A DNA stretch of 64,000 bases, from NCBI GenBank assembly GCA_027486005.1, contig JAIXPZ010000042.1, forward strand, positions 2,894 through 66,893, written 5' to 3'. Positions 49,744 through 58,658 of the stretch are shown one piece after another; within the stretch, counting starts at the first letter, position 1; each line of letters starts with the position of its first letter. The position numbers and the translations under genes are program-made. The notes below the pieces were generated by a model, which was not told where the DNA came from, did no database searches, and saw only the letters and a list, made by a program, of their open reading frames with translations. Source of the stretch: Legionellales bacterium (GTDB lineage Bacteria; Pseudomonadota; Gammaproteobacteria; JAGOUN01).

Positions 49744-49950
49744 TTAACTTTTCGAGTTTATTGTGTTTGTCCAATAGCTTTTCCAGTCTTGGCTTTCTCC
49801 GTAGGTCATATTTCCAGAGAGAAACGCAGAATTATATGTGGCCTCAATATCTTGTATCGCTCGCTGTTTCTTTTCTTCAACAGAAGGTTCCAATTGCGCA
49901 ATAAGCTCAATCAATTCGAGACTTTTTTTAGCAAATTTTTTCCAGTTCAT
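49744..49950 (-). CDS. small protein convergent with traG (entry-exclusion candidate)
   Basis: 68 aa from ATG 49950 (MNWKKFAKK...); fills the gap between two plus-strand genes. Confidence 0.4.
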   Translation of the reverse strand: MNWKKFAKKSLELIELIAQLEPSVEEKKQRAIQDIEATYNSAFLSGNMTYGESQDWKSYWTNTINSKS

Positions 49951-49966
49951 GTGAGGCTTTATTCCT

Positions 49967-50302
49967 ATGCGTAAACACATTCTTGCTCGCTTCAGTATAG
50001 CATTTTTTATTGTTATTTTGTTAGTGGCTCTAGCCATTTTTTCATGTGCGTATTTACTTCATGAATCTGCCCAGCTTAATAGTATCGCAAGTAGTATTAA
50101 TGATCACAGAGTAATACTTACCTTGTTACGAATTTGTTTTTTTCTCAGTTTTTTCTTAGCTTGGCCAAAAATTGTTGCTTATCGCGCAAAGAGAGCCGGC
50201 TGGCCTTCTGAAAATGTGCCTAAAGCAGTGCGATTGCGCTACCCCATTTTTCTGTTTTTCTTGTTTTTGGAAGCGATGGGGCAATTAAGCCATGGGTTTT
50301 AA
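49967..50302 (+). CDS. ICE membrane protein
   Basis: 111 aa with three hydrophobic segments; upstream of traD. Confidence 0.65.
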   Translation: MRKHILARFSIAFFIVILLVALAIFSCAYLLHESAQLNSIASSINDHRVILTLLRICFFLSFFLAWPKIVAYRAKRAGWPSENVPKAVRLRYPIFLFFLFLEAMGQLSHGF

Positions 50303-50318
50303 AGTAGGATGATAAAAA

Positions 50319-52346
50319 ATGTCACGTTATGCGTTTGAAAATTTATTCCGAGAACCGATAGAACTTTATGGCGGTGTGCTGTTATTGATCATCGGATTGT
50401 TCCTATATTTGTTCCCATATCTGTTCCTATTATTAGGCGTTACAAAGTGGGTGGCTTTGGCGCTGGTATTGGGATTAGCATTGAAACATATTACTAGCGG
50501 CCTGCGTGTTTTTCGCTTCAAACGCAGGCTTTTACAAATGAATGCTTTTTCAATGAGCACACAAGCGCTACCTGCTAATCGCCATCAACTTTATTTAGGA
50601 GAAGGGTTCCAGTGGCAGCCCATACACCGTCAGCGATTACACCTATTAAATCAACTGGATAACCAAGGGTATTTGCAACCTTCAAAGCTTTATCAGTGGA
50701 TCGATACAGCAGCACGTCGTCATCCTGAAGGTCGATTAAATCAGTGGCGTACATTACCGCTTTCACCGTTTAAACCTATGCCTGATATTGGAGGAAAACC
50801 GTCGTTGCACGGTGTTGGAAGTGATACTGAACAACCTGTGTATCTACATCAGCATAATCGCAATAGTCACATGGTTGTGTTTGGGATGACGCGTGTCGGC
50901 AAAACACGATTGATGTGCAATATCGTTGCGCAAGATATCCGTAACGGTGAGGCTGTTTTAATCATTGATCCTAAAAGCGATCTTGAGTTGCTGCAGGATA
51001 TTGTGGCTGCTTGTAAGGTGGCTGGACGTGATAAAGATTTAATGATTTTACACGCTGGGATGCCAGAGTTTTCTGCCAAATATAATCCATTGAATAATTT
51101 TGTGAACATCAGTGAAATTGCGACCCGTGTGACAGGCGCTATTTCGGCCGAAGGAGAAGGCCAACAGTTTAAAGATTTTGCGTGGAAGTTTTTAAATATC
51201 GTATCTACCTGTTTAATGGAGATGGGTGAGCCAATTAGCTACGCCACGCTTGCCTTTTATGTGACACGCCCAAAACAGCTTCTTTATCAGTACGGCGAAA
51301 AAATGTTTCCGATGAAAGACCCTCGCTATCAAGAAAAAATTGAACAAATACTGGCAGAAAATAGTAATAAGATTGATAAGAAAGGTAATAAAAAAGGTGA
51401 TATGACGCAACAAGAAGCGGTACAAGTGTATGTCGAAAATTATATTCAAGAAACGCTCGAAAGAGGAGACCGTAGTATTTATGACGCTATCATTGTCGAT
51501 CTGCATTATGCCGCGAATCTAGGCGAAGAATACTATTCTAAAATTACCGCAAGCTTAGGTCCTGTTTTTGATAAAATTAATAAGACATCTGCGCGCGATG
51601 TATTTTCTTGGGAAGGTGAAAGCACACTTCCTGTTATTCGACTTGAAGAAGTCATTCGCGATAAAAAAGTCGTATACATGGGGCTCGATGCACTTTCTAA
51701 CGAAGCGATGGCCAAAGCTATTAGTCAAGCCTTAATTGCCGATTTAGTAACACTTATCGGTAAGCTCTATAAAACTGCACCTGATAAAAAATTTCCATTA
51801 TGCTTACACGTTGACGAATTTAGTAACATGGTCAGAGATGAGTTTATTAATCTTTTAAATAAAGCCGGTGGTGCAGGGATTAAAGTTGCGGCTTATACAC
51901 AAACCGTCAATGATTTGGGTGCGGTTTTTGGAACCAATAAAGATAAGCCTAAAATGCTTCTGGGTAACTTTGGTACGATGATTATGCTGCGTGTTGCTAA
52001 TGACGACACTGCAGAAGTTTTTGTGAATTGCTTAGAGCGAACTCAAACACGTAGTGCCGTACCTTACACCACGACATCCGATAAACCAGACGCACAGGAT
52101 GGCGATTTTTTCACGACGCAAAATACCGATTCAGTGAGTGAAGAATATCAATCGATCATTGAGGTCAATCATTTATTTTCATTGCCTAAGGGACAAGCGT
52201 TTGTGCTGACTGACGGCGGGAAACTTTACAAGATTCGAATTCCGCTTCCTGAAGCTCAAAAAGGGCTGCCGAATAACTTTGAAGAAATTCTAAAAAAAAT
52301 TAATACGAAGTCAGGCTTAAATCAGTATGAAGAGGTGAAATTATGA
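50319..52346 (+). CDS. traD: type IV coupling protein TraD, PFGI-1 class
   Basis: ENLFREPIE, LGEGF.W...H.QRL, GG.P.LHGV, GMTRVGKT, DPK.D, HVDEF, LNKAGGAG, LPKGQAF. Confidence 0.93.
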   Translation: MSRYAFENLFREPIELYGGVLLLIIGLFLYLFPYLFLLLGVTKWVALALVLGLALKHITSGLRVFRFKRRLLQMNAFSMSTQALPANRHQLYLGEGFQWQPIHRQRLHLLNQLDNQGYLQPSKLYQWIDTAARRHPEGRLNQWRTLPLSPFKPMPDIGGKPSLHGVGSDTEQPVYLHQHNRNSHMVVFGMTRVGKTRLMCNIVAQDIRNGEAVLIIDPKSDLELLQDIVAACKVAGRDKDLMILHAGMPEFSAKYNPLNNFVNISEIATRVTGAISAEGEGQQFKDFAWKFLNIVSTCLMEMGEPISYATLAFYVTRPKQLLYQYGEKMFPMKDPRYQEKIEQILAENSNKIDKKGNKKGDMTQQEAVQVYVENYIQETLERGDRSIYDAIIVDLHYAANLGEEYYSKITASLGPVFDKINKTSARDVFSWEGESTLPVIRLEEVIRDKKVVYMGLDALSNEAMAKAISQALIADLVTLIGKLYKTAPDKKFPLCLHVDEFSNMVRDEFINLLNKAGGAGIKVAAYTQTVNDLGAVFGTNKDKPKMLLGNFGTMIMLRVANDDTAEVFVNCLERTQTRSAVPYTTTSDKPDAQDGDFFTTQNTDSVSEEYQSIIEVNHLFSLPKGQAFVLTDGGKLYKIRIPLPEAQKGLPNNFEEILKKINTKSGLNQYEEVKL

Positions 52347-52963
52347 GAGAGACAATGAATGTTTATCTTTCTACCCCACTGTGCCAGGAATTTTTCAAAA
52401 AATCACAACATCATGGCCATAGTCTTTATCGGCATATAGAACGTAAGCTCAGAAAGCTTTCGCATAAGACTCGACAAGATAATTTATCAGCAATTATTCA
52501 CAGCAACTTGTTTTATCGAAATATTATTCGCTATACGCAGGATATTGAATCTGAAATAAAAAAATATCAATCCATCATAAAAGATAAAACAGTCATTGAT
52601 AATGTGAGACAAAAGATGAAAGCTGAAAAACACGCATTCAGCGAACTTAATCCGTTAATGAAAATTTTAAATCGCGCACTTATTGAGACAGATCGTCTTA
52701 TGGTGCTATTGAGCGCTGCTCATGAAAATCAGAACTTTGAGGTGTCTAATACAATGTATTCATTGAGCGCTAAACTCAGAAATAAGTTTTTTGTGATCAT
52801 TGGACAAATTCAACGTTTATCGATAAAGAATTTTGATGAAAAAACAGTTGTCGAGTTTTTTAATACGCGGCATCTGTATCCTGAAATAGAGAGAAATAAG
52901 ATTCTCAATATTCTTGCTATCGGGTTTATTCCCGCGTATCGACATCATCGACAAGCAGCTTAA
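52343..52963 (+). CDS. hypothetical ICE protein, possibly DUF1845/AcaB-like regulator
   Basis: 206 aa, helical; NPL...L...L.ETDRL..LL..A weakly recalls DUF1845; located before topB. Confidence 0.5.
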   Translation: MRETMNVYLSTPLCQEFFKKSQHHGHSLYRHIERKLRKLSHKTRQDNLSAIIHSNLFYRNIIRYTQDIESEIKKYQSIIKDKTVIDNVRQKMKAEKHAFSELNPLMKILNRALIETDRLMVLLSAAHENQNFEVSNTMYSLSAKLRNKFFVIIGQIQRLSIKNFDEKTVVEFFNTRHLYPEIERNKILNILAIGFIPAYRHHRQAA

Positions 52964-52989
52964 TTATATAAAAAATAAAAAGGTGAAAA

Positions 52990-55122
52990 ATGAGTATATG
53001 TGTATTGTGTGAAAAACCCAGTCAAGCAAGAGATATTGCGAATGTGTTGGGAGCAAGACAACGTCAAGAAGGTTTTATTGAAGGTAATGGTTATCTGGTC
53101 ACGTGGTGTTTGGGGCATCTTTTAGAACTCGCACCGCCCGAGCATTATCAACCCAACTTACAACCTTGGCGATTAGAAGTGTTACCTGTAATTCCTCAAG
53201 CGTGGGCCGTGCTTCCGAATAAAAAAACGAGTCAACAATTAACAGTCATTAAAAAATTATTGAAGCAAGTCAATCATGTCATTATAGCAACGGATGCGGA
53301 TAGAGAGGGGGATGTGATAGGGCGAGAAGTATTAGATTTTTGTCATTATCAAGGAAAGATTGAACGCTTATGGTTATCGGCGTTAGATGATCAGTCCATT
53401 AAGCAAGCGCTTAAGGATATTAAGCCGAACAGTTTTAGTATTAACTTATATCAAGCCGGGCTTGGCAGACAGAGAGCCGATTGGCTGGTCGGAATGACAT
53501 GTACTATGGCAGCAACCGTTCAGTTTTCAAAAGGAAATGGTGTGCTCTCCGTAGGCCGTGTACAAAGTCCAACGCTAAAACTTATTGTGGATCGTGATTT
53601 TGTTATCGAGAATTTTAAATCACAAGATTACTATGATTTGTTGATTACGGTGACGCACCCAATGGGAAACTTCCAAGCGAAATGGCAAGTGCCAGAAACT
53701 TTGGCGGATGAAGAAGGTCATTGTCGCCATCGAAACCATGTTGAAGCGGTGTTACTTACGGTAAAAGATAAACCGGTTCAAGTGATAAACTATTCTGAAC
53801 AAGAAAAAACTCAAAAACCACCGTTAGGACTCTCTTTATCTGTTTTACAAAAGCTATGTTCAAGCAAGTTTGGATTTACAGCGAAAAAAACATTAGAGAT
53901 CGCACAGTCGCTCTATGAAACACATAAAGCAACGACGTATCCAAGAACAGATTGTCAGTATTTACCGTCAAGTCAGTTTTCTGACGTAAGCACAATTTTC
54001 AAGCACTTATCAAATAAAAATAAAGAGTATGTGGATTTAATTGCGAAATGCAATGTGTCGTTCACGAGCCCCATTTGGAATGATAAAAAAATTACTGCCC
54101 ACCACGCTATTATTCCGACGTTAAATGATAGTGTTGTTATCAGCAAGTTAAGTGATGATGAAAAGAAATTATATGACCTCGTATGCCGCACCTACATCGC
54201 ACAGTTTTTAGGCGATTACTATTATCTACAAAAAGAAGTTGAACTTTCGGTAGAAAGCGAGCATTTCAAGGCAGGTTCACATACTTCAAAATCTGTTGGC
54301 TGGAAATTGGCGCTCACGAATGCAGACGATGATGAGCAGCTGGAATCACTTGGCGATATCACTATTCCGACATTAGCAATAGATGAGAGCTTGCTTTGTC
54401 AGGATGCAATAATTCAGGGAAAACAAACAAAACCACTATCACGCTTTACAGAAGGTACACTGATCACCGCAATGAAAAATATTGCAAGCGTCATAGACGA
54501 TGTCGCTTTAAAGAAAATCTTACGTGAGTCAGCGGGCATTGGTACAGAAGCCACGCGCGCCAATATTATCGAAACGCTCATTCATAGAGAATATATAGAG
54601 CGAAAGGGTAAACAGCTTATTTCAACGACAAAAGGGCGTGAGTTGATTCGACTTTTGCCGAGTCACGTGACGAATCCCGCATTAACGGCTAATTGGGAAA
54701 GCAAACTTGATGAAATAGCACAAGGCAAATATGCATTGGAAGATTTTATGACTGCGCAAGTGGATTTGCTGAGAGAAATGTTGCATGAAATTACAGCGCA
54801 ATCATCTTCAGTGACTGCATCTAAAACATCTGAATATCATTGCACAAAGTGTAAGAGTGCTTTATTTCGTAGAAATGGAAAGTTTGGGTACTTTTGGGGA
54901 TGCAGTGGCTATCCTGAGTGTAAAGAAGTGTACAAAGACAATAAGGGTAAACCAATACTTAACAACGAACAGTATGCCTGCCATAATTGCAAAGAAGGGT
55001 TTTTGCAATTACGTTCAAGTAAGAAAGGAAAATTTTGGGGATGCTCAACGTATCCAGCCTGTCAAACAATCGTGAATGATAAACGCGGAAAACCAGAAGC
55101 GTGGAGAAAAAAAGATGCTTAA
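52990..55122 (+). CDS. topB: DNA topoisomerase III with two C-terminal C4 zinc fingers
   Basis: CEKPSQA, ATDADREG, SVGRVQSPTL, TYPRTD, AHHAIIPT, GIGTEATRA; two FWGCS.YP.C repeats. Confidence 0.95.
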   Translation: MSICVLCEKPSQARDIANVLGARQRQEGFIEGNGYLVTWCLGHLLELAPPEHYQPNLQPWRLEVLPVIPQAWAVLPNKKTSQQLTVIKKLLKQVNHVIIATDADREGDVIGREVLDFCHYQGKIERLWLSALDDQSIKQALKDIKPNSFSINLYQAGLGRQRADWLVGMTCTMAATVQFSKGNGVLSVGRVQSPTLKLIVDRDFVIENFKSQDYYDLLITVTHPMGNFQAKWQVPETLADEEGHCRHRNHVEAVLLTVKDKPVQVINYSEQEKTQKPPLGLSLSVLQKLCSSKFGFTAKKTLEIAQSLYETHKATTYPRTDCQYLPSSQFSDVSTIFKHLSNKNKEYVDLIAKCNVSFTSPIWNDKKITAHHAIIPTLNDSVVISKLSDDEKKLYDLVCRTYIAQFLGDYYYLQKEVELSVESEHFKAGSHTSKSVGWKLALTNADDDEQLESLGDITIPTLAIDESLLCQDAIIQGKQTKPLSRFTEGTLITAMKNIASVIDDVALKKILRESAGIGTEATRANIIETLIHREYIERKGKQLISTTKGRELIRLLPSHVTNPALTANWESKLDEIAQGKYALEDFMTAQVDLLREMLHEITAQSSSVTASKTSEYHCTKCKSALFRRNGKFGYFWGCSGYPECKEVYKDNKGKPILNNEQYACHNCKEGFLQLRSSKKGKFWGCSTYPACQTIVNDKRGKPEAWRKKDA

Positions 55123-55696
55123 ATCACTACTCTTAAAATTTAAAGCTAAATGGACAGAAAAAGAGCGTGAAGAAAAAGATAGAATAGGTCGAGAAATGGT
55201 CACAACTAAAATGATTATAGATCTTTACGCTTACACCTCTAAGCGATTACAGAAGCGTCTAAGTGAAAATTGTATCGTCTCTGAGGGGATTTGCTATTTT
55301 ATGAGGACCTATGCCATGGAGGAATTTATCGAGCAACTTGCTAATCGAGATCTTTCTTATTTAATGCGCTGTTATCCGAGCGATAATTATATCATTGAGC
55401 TTCATGCTGATTTGAACTGCAATGGAAAAATATCCTATCGTGATGCAGTTACGAATCAGCTGTTCTATCGTGATGCCTTTATTTGGCCACAAAGTTTTAT
55501 CTCTCTATCGTCTTTGAAGTTTAAGTTGAAAAAATTACCGCTTCTTTACGCGAGTGAGCGAGTAAGTTTTGGAATGAAAAAAGACGAAGATATTAGCAAT
55601 CTTTATGGTCTATTTATTTGTTCAGAAATGCAAGAAAACCCATTTAATTTGCATTCCGAGAAAGCAATGGCTTGCTATTTAGAAAAAAATGGATAG
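55115..55696 (+). CDS. hypothetical protein
   Basis: ORF overlapping the topB stop; start likely ATG 55115. Confidence 0.6.
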   Translation: MLKSLLLKFKAKWTEKEREEKDRIGREMVTTKMIIDLYAYTSKRLQKRLSENCIVSEGICYFMRTYAMEEFIEQLANRDLSYLMRCYPSDNYIIELHADLNCNGKISYRDAVTNQLFYRDAFIWPQSFISLSSLKFKLKKLPLLYASERVSFGMKKDEDISNLYGLFICSEMQENPFNLHSEKAMACYLEKNG

Positions 55697-55741
55697 AATT
55701 ATTAATAATAAAGCACTGTGTTGTGCTGAATTAATTTACCT

Positions 55742-55848
55742 ACTGCTGATAACTCATCCCTTTAATCGTCAGCGGAGCGTTTAGCTAGGGACATCAGGAT
55801 ATAAATGCAAAGCTTATTTGCCAATCGTCCTGACAGATCGTCGATCTG
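55742..55848 (+). ncRNA. unidentified structured RNA, copy A
   Basis: Aligns to 60515-60629 with compensatory changes (TCCCT/AGGGA vs ACTCT/AGAGT; CAGATC/GATCTG vs CAAATCG/CGATTTG). Confidence 0.65.
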
Positions 55849-55905
55849 AACACCCATAGAATACCTATTTGATTGAATTTATTCAATTTCGTAGATGCTA
55901 TGGTC

Positions 55906-55916
55906 GTTCTTTAACA
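55906..55916 (+). promoter_or_regulatory. boxA (Nus antitermination) element
   Basis: GTTCTTTAACA matches the GYTCTTTAANA consensus exactly; lies upstream of a hairpin-rich gene array. Confidence 0.5.
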
Positions 55917-56213
55917 ATGTGATATCACAAATTAAGTTTCTGTTTTGAATGAAGTGACTTTTAAATAAGAAGTATTAAAAAAATGATACTTTTGAAAATG
56001 CGTTTTTGAACATAATGACTTGCCAAGAATCAACTTAATGCACAAGGAGAATATACCTTGAATATTATGTTTTTTCTTAATCGAGACAACACCGATATTA
56101 TTCATAATGTTAGTGTTTTACCTACCGCTGCTGCGGAAGAATAACTCTTCCTGCAGTCGCGGAAGTGTTTTCTTCAGTAGCTTTTCTTAAACAAACTACT
56201 GAAGGAGACAATT

Positions 56214-56462
56214 ATGTCTAATTGCGCTAGAGACGATATGTTTTTAATTGGTTCTGTCGAAAAAGAGCCGAGTTCTATAACAGAAACATATCGTGAATTA
56301 TTTGAGAGCGTATCGTTTGAAATGCAGTCAAATGCAGAAATTATTGATTATCATCTTGCGCATTTCGGTGCTGTTGAAGGTGGTTTCATTAATAATTTCA
56401 GAAACAGAATGATGTCTATCGTCAATGCCATTGATAATAGTCGTCATTTATTGTCGATATAA
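56214..56462 (+). CDS. hypothetical protein
   Basis: 82 aa, AAGGAG RBS, preceded by the repeated leader. Confidence 0.65.
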   Translation: MSNCARDDMFLIGSVEKEPSSITETYRELFESVSFEMQSNAEIIDYHLAHFGAVEGGFINNFRNRMMSIVNAIDNSRHLLSI

Positions 56463-56546
56463 TATTGTGTATAAAACCCCCCGCTGGGAGAGATAATCTC
56501 CTTGCGGAGCAATTATATTCTCAGCTAATAATGTGAGGATATAATT

Positions 56547-56909
56547 ATGAGCAACGGAACTTTTAGATCATGGATGGAAACGCAATACTCACCCGAGACG
56601 ATGAATGATATTTATCATCATGGGTGTGGCGGTGGTGTTTCAGGATTAATTTATTATTCAGAAACAACTGCGTTGTATGCTGCTTATCAAGAAGAAATTT
56701 GGGAGATTTTACAAGAAAGTGCAGAAGAGTTTGGATATGACAATGTGATTGAGTTACTTGCAAGTCACTCAAAAGCAGATTTAAGTACTCCGGCTACTTT
56801 TGCGAATCATCTTGTTTGGTTTGCTGCTGAAACTATTGCTAGTCAATGGATACAGCAGCATGAACAAGACGAGGATGAAAACGAAAAAGTTTTTTCTTTT
56901 AAGCATTAG
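56547..56909 (+). CDS. small acidic phage/plasmid-type protein (possible DNA-mimic anti-restriction protein)
   Basis: HGC.GGVSGLIYYSET..LY..Y.EEIW...N.LVWFAAE; 20 D/E versus 4 K/R in 120 aa. Confidence 0.7.
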   Translation: MSNGTFRSWMETQYSPETMNDIYHHGCGGGVSGLIYYSETTALYAAYQEEIWEILQESAEEFGYDNVIELLASHSKADLSTPATFANHLVWFAAETIASQWIQQHEQDEDENEKVFSFKH

Positions 56910-57030
56910 ATGCGAGCCTACTTATAGTATTTACTATGTGTAGGCACATTTAAACAATTTTTAAACCCTGCTGGGACATGTTTCCCAGCAGGGGAATTAT
57001 GTCCTCAGCAATAATCGTGAGGACGTAATA

Positions 57031-57453
57031 ATGAAAGATACAATGTTGCCACCCGAGAAAATAACAGGAGGGCAGTTACGATACGCATTGAGAGGATTTA
57101 CTTGCACAGCAAACTGGTACAGTCATCCGCTGACTAAGCGGTTAGTGTATACAGATGGAGTGCGGCATTTAGCTCAAATATGTAAATCGTATTGGTTAAT
57201 TGATTTAATTGCTCTGCAATTTTTACCAGAGTTGATAAAAACATCAAATGACTGGTTTTATAGCGTGAGAATTAACGTGACTGACCATCAAACAGGTGTA
57301 GTGATTGTGACGGATGGAAATAGTAAGAAGCCTATCTTAACAGAAGTGCTGCCGTATACGACTTTTCCTAAAGTGAAAAATTTTATGCTTTTTATTGAAA
57401 GTATGGATCATGAAAACAACACATACTGTTTGCTGTTACCTTCTGAGCATTAG
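57031..57453 (+). CDS. DUF6876-like protein, paralog 1
   Basis: L..FT.T.NWY.H....VYTDGVRHLA....YWLIDLIA, DGN, LLLPSEH. Confidence 0.75.
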   Translation: MKDTMLPPEKITGGQLRYALRGFTCTANWYSHPLTKRLVYTDGVRHLAQICKSYWLIDLIALQFLPELIKTSNDWFYSVRINVTDHQTGVVIVTDGNSKKPILTEVLPYTTFPKVKNFMLFIESMDHENNTYCLLLPSEH

Positions 57454-57458
57454 AATAT

Positions 57459-57490
57459 TTTTTGCGCTTAGCCGAATCTAAGCGCAAAAA
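57459..57490. terminator. intrinsic terminator-like hairpin
   Basis: TTTTTGCGCTTAG-CCGAAT-CTAAGCGCAAAAA perfect inverted repeat after the stop codon. Confidence 0.6.
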
Positions 57491-57574
57491 TTTAAATGCA
57501 AAACATTTTTTACCCAGCAGGGGAGTAATCTCCTGCTGGGAGATTATGTCCTCAGCAATAACTATGAGGTCATA

Positions 57575-58000
57575 ATGATGAAAGATGCTGTGTTAGAACT
57601 AGAAAAAATAAAAGAAGAGGAGTTTCGACAAGAACTTGGACAGTTTACAGGAACGGTTAATTGGTATCGTCACAGGCAAAATGCTCAATTTATTTATACT
57701 GATGGTGTTCGCCATTTGATTGAATGTTACCGAGCCATTAGGTTTATTGACATGATTGCATTAGAAGTACTGCCAACCGTCAAAAAAATAAATGATGATT
57801 GGTGTTACTGCTTGATGCTGGCAACTACTGCACAGGAAACAGGTGAATTGACTGTTTTCAATGATGATGATGCAAAATTACTGCTGACAATAAAATTGTC
57901 CTACAGCACCATTCCTCAAATTAGTGAGTTAAGATTTGTCTTAAGTTGTGTTGATGAAAAAGCTGAAGTGTTTTGTTTATCTCTGTCTTCTGAAAATTGA
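57575..58000 (+). CDS. DUF6876-like protein, paralog 2
   Basis: LGQFTGT.NWYRH....IYTDGVRHL, IDMIA, LSSEN; clearly homologous to 57031-57453. Confidence 0.75.
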   Translation: MMKDAVLELEKIKEEEFRQELGQFTGTVNWYRHRQNAQFIYTDGVRHLIECYRAIRFIDMIALEVLPTVKKINDDWCYCLMLATTAQETGELTVFNDDDAKLLLTIKLSYSTIPQISELRFVLSCVDEKAEVFCLSLSSEN

Positions 58001-58165
58001 ATGATTGCCTGTATTTAGCTTTGGCTGGATGCAGGCAATGCTTATCTAAACTGTATATTTTTATTTGCTCGACTTGCAAAACTTGACGCGAGTGCCATTA
58101 TCGAATCAAAATAGCGAAGCCTGGATTTTCTGGGCAATTATTATTAATTTTGAGGATGATTACCC

Positions 58166-58459
58166 ATGGCTAAACCAGTAAATGTTGATAAATTCAAAGC
58201 AACGATTGCAGCACAAAAAGAACAGATCGCTACACTAAAAGCGTCTGTACGTGAACTAAAGGCTGAATTAAAAGCAAAACCTAAGGCCGCAAAAGCAAGC
58301 AGCAAACCTGCTAAACCAGTCGCTAAGAAAAAAGTAGCTGCAAAAAAGGCGGCAAAGCCTGTTGTTAAAAAAACAGCTGCGCCAAAGAAGGTGGCTAAAA
58401 AGCCTGCCAAGAAAACTGCGGCTAAAAAAGCCAAAGTAGTTGCACCACAAGCTGCATAA
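58166..58459 (+). CDS. histone H1-like Lys/Ala/Pro-rich DNA-binding protein
   Basis: Coiled-coil N-terminus followed by KKVAAKKAAKPVVKK-type repeats; GAGGA RBS. Confidence 0.8.
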   Translation: MAKPVNVDKFKATIAAQKEQIATLKASVRELKAELKAKPKAAKASSKPAKPVAKKKVAAKKAAKPVVKKTAAPKKVAKKPAKKTAAKKAKVVAPQAA

Positions 58460-58467
58460 GTGTGTGA

Positions 58468-58508
58468 ATTCTATTAGTGCGCCACTTTTGGTGGCGCACT
58501 AATAGAAT
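58468..58508. terminator. 18-bp perfect hairpin (likely terminator)
   Basis: ATTCTATTAGTGCGCCAC-TTTTG-GTGGCGCACTAATAGAAT between convergent genes. Confidence 0.7.
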
Positions 58509-58658
58509 ATGCTAAATAGGGGTTGTGTGGAGTTCTGCTTTTGTCCATCAAGAGTAATTATGCAAAAAAGAAGCAGTAATGCGGATTGCTGGAGAAATGG
58601 GAATATTTAACGTATCATTGGCTTAATTCCGATATGGCGTGATTTTTCATAAAAAATA

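Larger units (their letters stand above)
56125..57576 (+). repeat. four two-hairpin 5' leaders that sequester the RBS (56125-56210, 56481-56546, 56966-57029, 57513-57576)
   Basis: Each has a GC-rich hairpin followed by a hairpin pairing the SD, e.g. ATTATGTCCTCA...TGAGGACGTAAT, ending at the ATG. Confidence 0.8.

Noticed and set aside
816..54191. The many 60-115-aa ORFs nested in or antisense to long genes (e.g. 816-1040, 7818-8102, 15805-16086, 21583-21858, 31192-31539, 44106-44426)
   Set aside because: They overlap well-supported genes, lack RBS or motifs, and read as off-frame or antisense artefacts.
55697..55741. A second hammerhead in front of RNA copy A
   Set aside because: No CUGAUGA/GAAA core; only a small AGCAC/GTGCT hairpin.
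58144..58450. Minus-strand hydrophobic ORFs (96 aa, 60 aa)
   Set aside because: Antisense shadows of the Lys/Ala-rich histone-like gene.
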